Assembly (NCBI GenBank): GCA_003344405.1
Contig: NOWV01000027.1
Location: 62,001-126,000 of the forward strand
Length of the DNA stretch: 64,000 nt
Origin: Trichoplax sp. H2
Lineage: Eukaryota
Direction: 5' to 3'
Shown piece after piece: positions 1 through 12,798 of the stretch (within the stretch, counting starts at the first letter, position 1; each line of letters starts with the position of its first letter). A model generated the notes under the pieces. The model was given only the letters and a program-made list of their open reading frames with translations, searched no databases and was not told the origin of the DNA. The translations under genes were made by a program, and so were the position numbers.

Positions 1-3000
1 CTATTTGATTCTGTGGTACTCAAATCTGGATTGGGATCGTTTTTGTTTGCAAGTCGTTCATCATATGACAGTGCTAACTGCCATATTAAATCATGGTTAC
101 ATAAATTTTCTCCAATAAAAATATCTCCGAGAAGTTTACAAAATCCCACATAGGAATAATATGCCATAGATGCATTAAAAACGACCTTTCATCAAGATAA
201 AGCATCAGTAATTTAAACGATATGTACGCGATACATGCAACTGAATGCTGAAAAATGATTCCTCCTTACTTGTAATTGTGGAAGCGATGGACAGCTATGG
301 TCTGATGAATCAGAGAATCCATAGTTTTTACTATCTTCGTCGGCAATATAGTCGATTCCTTTATGTTCTGATATCTCTAATTTATTAGGAATGTAATCTA
401 CAGATTCACCTGAAACATTTATTGTTATGATTTTAGAGCTTTGGTTTATCATTATTGATATTATCATAGCAATAGCTAGTTACCCACCATTTTCGAGACC
501 TTTCTGCTCGTTGGAATGAACCCGATCAAAACAAGAAAAATAAAGCTGTATAGTATCTGCAAGTAAGTCACGAGCATTATCTCGGCCTATTCGTTCACCG
601 ATGTATCGTAACACATTGATCATATATTGGCATATACCAGCTCGAGCAATACCACCACCAGGAAACATTAATGTACCAGAAGCAATAACTTTTATTAACG
701 GCTGAAATACTGCCAAGGCTAAAGACTATATATAACATATTTATGAATAAATATCTACAATCGGATTAGGCGAGAATAAATAAGAATTTTTTCATACCTC
801 AACATTCTGCAATAATTCCTTGTTCTTAGTGTACGGTAGGCAAGCTCTAAACAAGAGCATAGAACCAATTAATCCACCCTCGATCTTCGAACTTAACCGC
901 TTATCATTTGCATTATTAATCTGCAATTAAAGATATACGTTAATGCCACCTCGCCTATCTTACATTACCTTTCAATCACCTTTAAAGTAATGTAGTGGGA
1001 TTAATTAAGCGGATTTTCTTGCGGAATATTATTAATACAGTTACAAGTAAATGTATAGTACATAGAATTATGCACTTATATATCTGCATACTTACAGCAG
1101 ACACAATAGCCGGAACATATTGCTGAAATAATACGGAAGGCCCGTACACTTTACAGATATGGGCTAGCAAATCTACCAGATATCCGTACTTAATGGTCTC
1201 ATTAACATTACTTGATCGTATATACGTATCTGTAGTATCGCTCCATACGTAGCCTGATGGTAGCAGTCTCAGCGCTTGATTTGCAATATATCTGCCCGTA
1301 AGAATTGGGCCCATAAAAGGAATTATTTCTTTAAGTGTTTCGACAGCAGCTTGACATACTTTAGATTCAGTAATGTTTTTTGCGTTATTAGAAAGACTAC
1401 TAGATTTTCTGCTGTCTCCATCCGAAGCTCTACTATCTACGTGATACTTTTCATTTTGAGTGGATTTATGCTTATCTCTTTCGCTACCAGAGAAACTATG
1501 TGACCTAAAGAGCATTCCATCGTCACTGTCAACAATTTTTGGATCCGAGGGAACTGTTAATGTATCAGAGATTCCTCGATTTGGTGGTTCTTCAGTGACT
1601 TGCAGTTCCAAAGAGGATCTGTCTGGTCCCTCTTCTTCGCTGTGTTTTCTTACAGTATCACTTGGTGGTCGATTTTTTTTGTTACTACCACTTAGGTATG
1701 ATACGTAATCTATAGCTATTGAATTGCGTCGAAATTTAGTTTTCCGTGAAGCGCTAGATTTTCTAGAGGATGAACTACTTTGTAGAGGACTTTCAGTGTT
1801 CGATCTTTTCGGACCAGGTCGGCGAGGATGTCGATTGACACTTTTGACATTATGAGGTAGTGACTCAATTAAAAAAGGGAGAAAATTTTCGATGTATGAT
1901 TGTAATCCAAGATAGTTAATAAGATTCATAGTAAAATGAATGTTTAAAAGGTGAACATGATCTTCCACAGGAATTTTAGATTCAAACAATTTTAGTATTG
2001 GTTTAACAAGAGATGCATTGCTAGTTTTCATACCCATGTGTTTGCCAAGAATATTAAATAAATGATATGCCGCCTTATATTTTAATTCGTTATCCTCAAA
2101 TAGGATCATAATATGAGGCAGTAATAATTCTAACCCTATGGAATCTAACTGCGACATTAGTTGTGGAAGTTTCGTTTGACAAAGTTTTACTATTGCTTGT
2201 AACTTGCCTCTAATAGGGAATCGACTTGCCTCTAGCGGGAATCGACTTGCCACTAATGGGAATCGATCTGCCTCTAAAGCTGTAGCTAAAACACTGCCAG
2301 GTATTTCTTTTGATAATTTTCTTAAAATACTACCAATACTATCCTTTTCTCCTTTTTTTGAGCTGGTTGACAAACCCTCGTTGGCCTCATCTAAAATAGG
2401 TCCACCAGTTTCGGTCTGAATTATATGCTCGGGAGTAGTATTTTGATTTGGTGTATTACCACCTCCAACGGGAACTTGTAAGGATACAGCAATGTTATTT
2501 TTACCACTCGCATGTACGCTATTTGTCTTACTATTAGAAGGCGTTGAAGAAAGGTTAGCAGGCTGATCATGCACAGGTTTATTAGTTTCATTGGCTTGAT
2601 ATTGATCAGTTGAATTAGATCTAGGTTTTCCTTGACTCGTATCTGGACGATTATTTATAGTCTGGAGTTCACAGATAAAGGCATAAAGATCTTTAAAGTA
2701 ATCTGGAAATGAAAATTTTGATGTACAGGAACTTATCATCAATGCCGGTGTTACAATGGGCAATCCATCATCGCTAAATAATTTTAATGATGATTCACTC
2801 GAATTTTCAGTATCTTCGCCTAGCGTCATTAATTCGTGAATGACTTTACATAATGAACTACGGGGATAAAACGAAAGCAGACGAAAATAGATGTTATGAT
2901 ACGCAATAAACTTAACACAAACCTGATCGTACATAACTATATACAGTACTAACCGAGGCAAATTAGTAATCGAATTACTGCTACTTTTACAGATTGCTTT

Positions 3001-6000
3001 GCAGATCTCTCTCCTTTCTTTTACGTCTAATGTTGGCGATAGCATGCGTAATTTGTCAGAAAAGAGCATCTCTCCCAACAAGAAACCTAGTGACTTCATA
3101 TCTTCTGTTATGAGATGGTCCAATGACACGGCTCCAGACTATCAATAGTTTAACTTAATTATAATCTGACAGATGCTGACGTACAAATCATGACTTAACA
3201 GTAATAAGACGAATTCATATATCTATGAGAATTCGAGCGGCGTTGTTTTAGAATAACATTAAGGTAGTTTGATCAAACGGTAAATTATACTGTCATACAT
3301 ATCTAATAATTTACCTTAGTTATATTCGAGGATTCCTCTTCTTTCTTTTTTCCTTTAGTATCTTTCTCTTTGTCCTTATCTTTATCTTTATCTTTATCTT
3401 TATCTTTTTCTTTTTCTTTGAGTTGCTTGGAATCTTGCGTTGTACTATTAGAATCCGTTACGTTATTCGTTCTTGACATTTCTTCATGGCCTAACTTAAG
3501 GGACTGCGCTAAACATTTCTTCTTAAAGTGAGCCAAAGATTCATAGTTATCTAATATCTCTAATGGTTCAAATCCATCGGGTAAAAGGATCTGGCCAACC
3601 TTCAATTTATTCTGAACCTTAGAGTCACTATCATTACGTTGTTGCCTAAAAAGTGATAGGGGAGATCTTAGTTGACTCTTTAAACTCATACTTGGGCTAG
3701 ATTCTTGATCTGCAGTATGAGCTAGTAAATGTTCTGGAGCGTTAGTGCTATCTACTGAAATTTCTAGGACGTCATCATTTGCTAAATCGATAGAGTCCTG
3801 CTTTGAAGAATAACGTCCAACTCCATCTTGTGATGATTCGTTAACTTCAGATTGTGACGAAGCCTTAGATTGATTTTTATTACGCAGTAAAACATTAGCA
3901 GCTGATGCGATACTATTGGGTGATTTCCATTTAGGATGTGGTTCAGTAAACAATTGAACAGTACCATAATTCATCGGTTTTTCATGATTATCAGCAAGAT
4001 GCAAGTGCACATTTTTAGCTTTAACAGCAGCTTTACCACTTAATTTATATCCAAATATAAGGTCAATCCAATGATGAAGTCTTTTACTAACGTGTTCTCC
4101 GTCTAATAAATGTTTATGTCGACGCACGAAATCTTCCGGACTAGAAGCCCAAGGGTTTACTTGTAAATCAGGCATATCGGTATGAATCGATGTGAAGATT
4201 GAAGGATCAGTAAAGAATTCAGGTATGCATTCGTCAGGAGTCCATTCTTGCAATTTTTGTATCGTTGAGGGGTATTCTGCGGGTACCCATTCTGAACGAA
4301 CATACTGGCATAGAACAGCACGCCGCATTCGACGTGCTAAATAAACATGGTAAGTAATCTCTGACAAACCATCAGAGACATGATGACGTACGTGTATTCC
4401 ACTGTCATTTGAGTTATTCCTTCCCGAGGATTCGTATGTCGCATCCAATTGTCGATCTCCTTTATTCAAGCGAAATTTAGACTTTTTAAGGTCGCGCCAA
4501 GAGCTATCAGAACGGCTAAAATCGACTACCCAGGGAAGAATAGGATGATTATTGGGATCACCAAATCTACGACCGGCCAATCGATTCAATGCCATTAAAT
4601 AGTCAAAATTGCTAATCTTGTTGTTAGTCCAATTGGTCACCAATTGCGGTAGATCGCACATCATATCGGATAATTTGTTTAGAAGACGATGCTGATATTT
4701 CAATGATGTAATTGATGGCTTCTTATTTCCAAGCTTCTCAGAAAAATTTAAAAGTGTTTGCTTCGCATTTTCTAAAGCGTGTTGATTATTAACAGCTAAA
4801 TTCTTATTCGAGAGTGTCATACTTGTGACGAAAGCTGATCCTCTTCGCATAGTTAATTTATCTTTCGAAGGGATAGCATTTCCACCAATCGGAAGGCGTG
4901 CGCTAGGCGGAGGAGTTGGTCCCGAAACTTGCACTTTTGCTGGGGTAGGATTTCCAACTAGACGATTAGCAAGCGCGTATAGATCATCTGCAGTTTCCAT
5001 ATTATCGTCCTTTTCACGTTTTTCATCAATACTGGTTGCATTAAGAGTATTTGCAGCCTTTTTGTCTTCTTTACTAGGGATAACCTCACATCGAAATTGA
5101 AGACCCGATAATCGAACCCAATAATTTTCATCAATTAAAACATCTTCTAGTGAAAATTGACCGACACCAATGCCGCAACAATGATACGCATGAAGTGCAT
5201 TTAATATTTGATAAACAATAAATAACGGCTTAGAAAGAGAAGACGTTAGCATAGCAGGACTATACATTACTACATCTCGTAATGTATATGAGGCATATGG
5301 TTGTATAAAATAAAATGCTTTTTCTGTTTCTAAAGCACAGATAATAGGCAGTAGATTTGCATTTTGAGTATTATTTAGACTAGAATGGATTACATGCTGT
5401 ATTTGTTGTATATGTTCTTGTTGGTGAATATGTTGTTGAAAAGAATGCTTCAGTCTTTGAAATAGGTTGGTACGGACATCATCTCTTTCTTGCTGATGTA
5501 TTTTGCTTTGATGCCAGCTTGACTCGCTATCTGATTCAGCTTCACTCTTATCGACCGTTATGTTGACAGTAGGAACAAGAGTCTGACTATCTCGTCTAGC
5601 TCCGTCGACAACTGGTGCTGCTGGAGTATCTCCAGAATTTCCTGTAGTTGCGCGAACAAGTTGTATACCATATAATCCAGATAAGATACTTTGTATTAGC
5701 TCCTGAAAAACGATACAATAAAGGAATATTCTAAAGTTCTGTTACTTCGTATGAATACACTAACAAATGAGTTATTTTATTTCACGTTACATCAAGATAG
5801 CATATCTTCTATTTCAAATAATTATTAATGAAAGACCTCATCAATTGTTTATTATATGTTTTATTTTTGTAAGGGCAAATTTAAGCCTATATAATTTTAT
5901 AACCTTTAAAGGAATTTTGATATAAGTACATGGTGATACAGCTTCAAACGAGATATTTTTGCAGAAGTCTTGAAAATAGAGACATGCCAGTAAATGAGTG

Positions 6001-7012
6001 GCTTTGTTGATATAACTCATAACCTGTGCATAGTTTGCGTTTCCTGGTAGCGGCTCAAAGTTGTTTAATACCATTGCCGAAACAGGAAGATTGACTTGAC
6101 TGCAATAAAAAGATGTAATCATTACATAGTTATATAGTACTGTAGTTTAACTTTTAATAATATTAAGGAACAGTAATAGAACTACTACTTCAGGGTATGA
6201 GAAAACTGTTCAACAGATCAAGATAATTTGATTTTACTTGGTATTCAATACATGTCAACACCATAAAGAAACATATAAGAATAACGGTAAGTAAAGATAA
6301 TATTACAATATTAGAAAGGCATAACATTTTACGTTGCTAGCTCTAAAGTAAAATTGATTTAGTGCAATTAAACTAATTCATACTATTTATATCATAACAT
6401 TAGTACAGCAATGTAACAACATACCAGGGGTCAGCGATGTTTTCCGGCTTTGCAACAACTTTAATACATATTTTTTTCCAATGTTTGGGCAACCTTGTTT
6501 GTGATGGCTGAAGCTGTAGTTTCCGTTCATACATTGTAGCATCACTATCATATTTCCGATCATGGATTATCCCTTTGCACACATTGTCTAGCCATTCTTC
6601 GTGCACCTTATAAATTAAGGTGAAACACATATTCCGTTATGATTTGTAATATAGTTCTTTACATTTTTGTCAACTTTAGTACTTATATTGTAGCTTGTTA
6701 AAGACTGCTTGATAATAATATTATTACATGTGATCATAGCGTACAAACGTCACAAAATATATAAGGGTACATGTATGCAATACGATTAGCAGATCTTACT
6801 CCTTTTATAGCTAGTAACTAATTAATTAAAAATGAATTATTTTACAGTAAAGTAGTCTATCGTACGCAATAGGTAAGTATTCCTATTACCATGCAGGTAA
6901 CTCTGGTACCACGTGTAGTAAAATCAAAACACGGGCGAATATCGGCGCTATAGATATTTAGGTCTTTCTCGATTAAAGTAACAGCATCTTCCGTACTTAA
7001 TGTCTGTCCCAT
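1..7012 (-). CDS. WDR81: WD repeat/BEACH domain protein 81 (partial; C-terminal WD40 exons lie beyond the window start). Exons approx. 7012-6890, 6606-6425, 6099-6024, 5702-3315, 3139-2954, 2857-~1096, then several short exons down to 185-1
   Basis: BEACH motifs SNFDYLMALNRLAGRRFGDPNNHPILPWVVDF, DLKKSKFRLNKGDRQLD, WTPDECIPEFFTDP and LHHWIDLIFGYKLSG. N-terminal IEKDLNI and TRLPKHWKKI match the WDR81 N-terminus. VFNASMAYYSYVGFCKLLGD near the window start matches the region before the WD40 repeats. GT-AG junctions checked keep the reading frame. Confidence 0.93.
2210..2275 (-). repeat. Coding tandem repeat, 3 x 21 bp (EADRFPL-VASRFPL-EASRFPI), inside WDR81
   Basis: The unit gggaatcgacttgcc (third copy gggaatcgatctgcc) recurs with a 21-bp period. 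Confidence 0.9.
3360..3420 (-). repeat. Coding hexamer repeat (KD/KE low complexity) in WDR81
   Basis: tctttatctttatcttta... encodes KEKEKDKDKDKDKDKEKD. Confidence 0.85.
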
Positions 7013-9778
7013 TCTTGACAATTTCGAAAATCTCTCTTGAGGCTTTTAGTTCCAAAACAATTGCGACACTCTCAAGAAGATTGGATCGATTACTGGCATA
7101 TTACTTTGCAATGACAAGGGAAAACATCCTTTAAGGCTTTTCCTCTGTCTTTTTCGATATATTAAAGAACTGATTGTAAGACTACCGTAGAAGAGAAAGA
7201 TACAACAGTTGATGAGTACATCGATACAATGGTTTCAACACTATTATGCTACATTGATATCATATCAAAATCGTAATAGTATTGTTGTAAGCCAAATAAT
7301 ACAATAGAGCGTTTAGTTAGTAGATATCAGTTGGTGAAAAGAGTATTTGAAAGGTAGACGACACTACGATAGGACATTTAAGGTTTTAGATTTTGTATTT
7401 CGTTATCTTCAATAGCTACCACCTATGTATATTATATGTACATTTACCATTGTCACAAATATATAAAGTGGGCTCCTGCTATGCTTGACAATAGTATATT
7501 GCTATTGGCGTTCAATTGAAAGTTAACAGAAGTAAATATCAATTAACATGATGGCATTTCTTATTTTTTTCATATTCGGTAGAATGTGGTACATATCAAT
7601 TCGTACAGTATCTATCATTTAAGGTAAAAAATGACGTAATTGCCTTGTTTCTTTAGTGATTAACTTCATGCAACAATTTAGTTGACTGCAAATTAGTTGT
7701 ATGATTACATTAGCAGTCGTTTAAACATTAGAATAGTATTAGAAGCATTAATGATAAGACTGTTTGTTTATACGCACGTATAACTATTTCATGGCTATAG
7801 TTGAACATTCATTCTTCTATAGCTATACCCCTATAATGCAAGTGGAGTACCTCGTAAAATAGCCAAGAAATGTCCACGAAATAACACTATCAGATAAATA
7901 TTTGTAATTAAAATTCCAAAGTGATGTATATATATATATCAATGTAATTAATTCATAATTACAGTAGTGTAATAGATCATTGTATCTAACCAAGAGTAGG
8001 AACTACTAAAAGGAAAGAGAGAGGGACTATCAAACGATTTTCATTGAAAAAAACGTGGAAACTGACTATTTTGCTTGTCGTTTTACTAAATCAGACGACT
8101 GGGGGCGTATACCGTACTGTGTGAACCAACTTTGGTAGCTAATATGGAGGCTAGTTGTCAATAGTACAGTGTGCGGTTCCAGATGTACAGTATAGTTGAA
8201 ATGACCAGGGAAATCGTCAGCCTTTACATTTTTGCTAAGGAAAGTCGTTGATAGTCCTTCTCGCTTTTTTTAGTCCTGTAGTTTAGTAGTCGATGGCAAG
8301 AGTTTGTTACTGATTTATCGATGGTTTTTAGTAGACTAGAATTCACTTTTTAGTCCAGCATATCGACGTATCTACTAGAATTACGTGTCACATGCTCTAC
8401 TGTTAGTGTAATCCTTGATCAACCATTGTAGGGTACATTTCGATATTGATTATGATGTAGTGTACATTAAGATGTTGAACAAAATAGTCCGTGGATGGTT
8501 TTTGCGATTTTTTTCTTAGTAAACTGCGTTTACCTTTCACATATTTTTCTCCTCTTTTTACTTCTTGTCCATAGAGCTGTGGAGCCCTATGCAATTTTCA
8601 CTGGCTGCCGTACCAGTTCGTCGGTGCTTTGTGATAATAATAATGACGAACGTCTAATAATGATTGCAAAATGTTTACTCCAAAATATCAAAATAATAAC
8701 AGATAGCGGCTCAATATTAACCAGGAAAGGCAATCGAATCCGTCGGAATGGCTACGATTGAGAATAGCGTGTATTACGGTCAGGTTGTTATCGTAGTTTC
8801 AAGTTGGTGTCCAAGACCTGGTGAAGGAAGCTATTGACGTTGTGGTTCCTTTTTATAATCTACAATAGAATAAAGTACGCTCTTAATAGCAATCCATTTA
8901 TTCTTCACTTTGACTTCAATAGCTACTCAATTAGCGTTAGCATTGACTATCTATGACGACAATATCACAAATGATGATAAATTGAGATTGCCAATCGACT
9001 AAAAACAGAATCACTTCACACTCCATTCACTAACAATCATACTCGTAGGTAAAGCAACAAGTTCGACTATTGCACTTAATTCTGCACGACCAACATGGTT
9101 GTATCTTTTGTAGTGGATCTGTTGTAGCAATGTATTTATAGTCTACAGTACCGTACATAAAGACAAAAGTAATTAGCTTCATTATTGAAATGAGTTTGCC
9201 CTAGTCTTCAAGTCACCATATACAGTACTAAAGAACGATCCAAGCTTGATATTCATGCATAGAAAGGCTTGCCAATTTTAATCATAATATCCTAATTAAT
9301 TCCATCCTATTGTGATAGCTTGTATATTGACAGTACTGTAACTTTACACTCCACTTCTTGAACAACTAGGATGCTTGGCTAGTACAGTACTACCAAATTT
9401 GATAAGATCTAATTCATTGGCAACGAACTAACCGTTCTATACGAGCTTCTCCATTTAGACGCTAATTATCCTTATTAGCTTATTGATTTTCCGACAGTAA
9501 ATAAACTCACCAGAAAGTGCAGCCAGTGGAAAACGCTTGTGAGTGTTTGTTTTAAAGGAGACCGGTGATTCTAGCGCAACAGAAATAATTATCCATTACA
9601 AATTAACTGTGCAGAAAAACATCAATGTCTCCCTTTCGGACATCGCTTGACAGTACAGTCAGTGGGTAGTCCACAGACTACAGTATGTACTGTACTCACT
9701 GCAAGTACTGTACTGTACTGTACTGTACAGTACAGTACAAAGATTTAGTGTGAAGTGTGTCTAACCTTTCACTCTTGG

Positions 9779-9790
9779 TGTGACGTCACA
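9779..9790. promoter_or_regulatory. Perfect 12-bp palindrome containing a CRE (TGACGTCA) core
   Basis: tgtgacgtcaca, inside the TACTG/CAGTA cluster upstream of WDR81. Function is inferred. Confidence 0.45.
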
Positions 9791-10688
9791 GCCTCGTTGA
9801 TACTGTACACTGTATAGACAATCGGTACCGCGCTTGCACCAGTACTGTACGGGTCTGAACACTATTCAGTCAATAGTGTAGCGAACGGCCAACGGTACGC
9901 CCGTTGCTCGGCTCGGTACATCAACTTTTCCAGAAGGGGGGGTCTTTGCCCAGCCGCAGCGTGAAGGCTATTTACTGTTCAATTATCCATTAATTTATGA
10001 AATAAAAGAAATGGATAAAGAGTATAGGATAACGGTTCGCTAATAGTGCTGATACGCAGTATGAGTCCATAAATTAATTATCAAAAGCTCGATTTTATCG
10101 TCCGTCATTTGCCTCGAGATAGTACTGTACTGTTATTAGTTAGTACCATTAGTACACGATAATGAATTGATTGATCAAGAATTGCTCCTACTGTACACTA
10201 TTAGAGCTTGCTAGAAAGAACTTAGAATTTGTGATCAATAAAGTTGACATCGACATGCAAATGGATGCAACCCTAAATAACTTAGTGCTTTCTCAGATAT
10301 GAAACACACAAAGATCTGATATCTTAGCTAAATACATGTGTGCATAGAGTAGTCAGAAATTTGAATCCCATTTTAATTATCAAAAACCAATTGTCATCAA
10401 AATAGCAAAAGAATGCGTGGTTACTGTCAACTGCTATAATATTAAGTAAATAACTGAGAATACGAGAATGCACTTTTATATACATTGAACTAATTACCAG
10501 CAATCTGATTACAATGCCATAAAATTACCTTGACAGGGTCATCATCGATACAATCAAATAGCCCATACAAACAGCTTATCACAAAGTGTCAATGTTCAAA
10601 TTCAATAATAAACTCAATTCAAAAATTTTTCCAACGCTTAAGTATTCTACAATCATGCAATGAAATCCAAGTAATACGTCAGAGAATC

Positions 10689-12624
10689 TTAACTTGGATC
10701 AGCTAACGACCGCACTTCTCTCAACGCTTCAGAAGTTATTTTTATTAAATTACACATTTGAATTCGCCCATCGATGGAACTCAATTGTGGTAACATCTCG
10801 CTTGCCCATTGAAGTTGCTGATGTAGTGATTCTATAGTAAACTGTATAGCACTTTGCTGATGGGGCATAGGAGTATTGCTAGCATGTTTCACAGATGATT
10901 GCAGAGTACTTGTCGAAAGGCCATTGTGGCCTTCATCTCTTGCCGGATTCTGAATTGTTTTTGACAATTCTACACTTTCTTCACTCTAGCATACGCGTAC
11001 ATATAAACAGTTAGACTTTTTAACCAGGGACAAATAACTATCGCTTTATTGTAACAATGAAAAGTAAAATATATCTATATTACCGCAAACTTAGTTGTTA
11101 AATAATTACGTAGTAGTTGTACTTTACGCTATTAGTGTTATACCTTTTTTTCTGCATGTTGATATAGCTCATTTCTAGTAGTATCTACGTTTTTGCTATC
11201 GGATAGGTTAGTTTCCGTAGTTAGTTTCTGCTTCTTTTCTTAAAATTGAATAAAAAAATATTTACCTATGTAGAAATGAGTAGAATTTTATAAACGACGG
11301 TAATGCAAAATATAGTGATAATTAACATATAATCATGCTAAGTCAGGAAAGACTTATATAGAGTCTAATATCAATGATACCTTCCTGTTTTAATGGCTTA
11401 TCTTCAATTACATGACAATTTACGCAGATTTCCTGATTGTTCTTGTCTCTAAGTAGGATAGTCTATGTTAAGCAGTTAAAAAATTTGATATCAATTGCAA
11501 TTTATAGTTAGCTGATCGCCTACACCAGACTCGTTACCACTATAGAAATAATATAATACTGCTCTTACTATAGGGTTTAAATTTATCAATCATTTTGGTA
11601 TATAAAGATTGTTTTGTAAGTAAAATTCTTAAATTATTGGATTTTATCGGTATATTTCAAATATTCGTAACATTCATTAATTTAAATGTATTCTGCATAC
11701 GTACTATACACTATGCAGGTATACTAAAGGCTATTTAGAAAATAAGTTTATCTATTAGGCTTTTTATAACACTTTAAACTTACTTGACAATCCGCACAGT
11801 ATTTGTTCAGCATACAGTAGCCTTTCAGTAGGTACTGCCCCATCAACGAGCTCGCTTCGCTGCGTTTTTGACGCATTGCTTCATATTGCTGTTGAGCCTC
11901 TTCCGTCCAGTATTCAGAATTATCATTACCTAAAATATATCATTTTTCCTCCATAAATGATATGACAACTTCTCCGACGTTGCATAATGTTATAATTATT
12001 TTTTGACTGTACAAACACTTTAAGTAAATCTGCTGCAGCTTTTCCAATACTACATAATTTTACTTATGAGTTTACGTGAAGTACGCCACAATGTAATTAA
12101 TACTACTTTTATATACAAGGTTTGACCGAATAAAATACAATTTACAGGAAATCACCAGTAAGCAAATGCTTGGTATTACTAGGTCGTGATAGTACCACGG
12201 ATACACAGTAAATCAGCTAGGCACAATGAGATGTCACGGTCAATCCCGAATACGAAGCCTTCGGATAAAGGTAGACTCGCACTAACCATTGTAACTAGAA
12301 ATTAATCTAACTCTACATGAGAACTTACTACTTAGTAATATAAATCGAAGCTTACTAGTCAACGGTTACGATCATGACTCGTAGCAAAGCTTCTTCTCTA
12401 TCCTAACTCGAAAAGATGCTTATTTACTGTAATTCAAAACTTCAGCTTAGCATTTAGCAATCATGTTTATTACAGTCATGAGTAAATAACACAGTAAACA
12501 GTACTAAGTTAATGCAGGCAGCCATTAAAATGAGAGGAAATGTAATTATCAGACATACGAAATAGACTCATAATAGTATAATTGTCAATAGGTTTAAGGC
12601 TTGAATTAACTTACCTTCGGCCAT
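10689..12624 (-). CDS. SSSCA1: Sjogren syndrome/scleroderma autoantigen 1 (ZNRD2), zinc-ribbon protein; 5 exons (12624-12615, 11929-11784, 11462-11381, 11238-11144, 10985-10689)
   Basis: Spliced translation gives ASSLMGQYLLKGYCMLNKYCADCQ|TILLRDKNNQEICVNC (Auto_anti-p27 zinc ribbon) and a C-terminal LQWASEML...IQMCNLIKITSEAL helix typical of the family. Confidence 0.9.
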
Positions 12625-12798
12625 TTCTGCAAGCTCTAGCTTTCTTGATTGTTGATGATTTGGTAGCTGCAAACTTGCCAATCCGTGCTGTACTGAGTTT
12701 GCGCTATTGAGTGTAGCGTACAGTACTGTAATGTACTGTAGGCGCACAATTCTGTACCGTACACTTATTCTATCTACGCACGCGCACTTCACAACAAT
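12625..12798. promoter_or_regulatory. Putative bidirectional promoter between SSSCA1 and COG2
   Basis: The divergent start codons are only 174 bp apart. The interval contains several TACTG/CAGTA/GTAC motifs. Confidence 0.7.

Noticed and set aside
1276..5100. Plus-strand ORFs antisense to WDR81 (and similar shadow ORFs opposite COG2, pecanex, MLK and EXO1)
   Set aside because: Antisense shadows of real exons with no recognisable domains.
9881..9968. GC-rich patch with hairpin caacgg-tacgc-ccgttg as a possible ncRNA
   Set aside because: Only a 6-bp stem and no tRNA, snRNA or snoRNA hallmarks. More simply a promoter-proximal GC patch.
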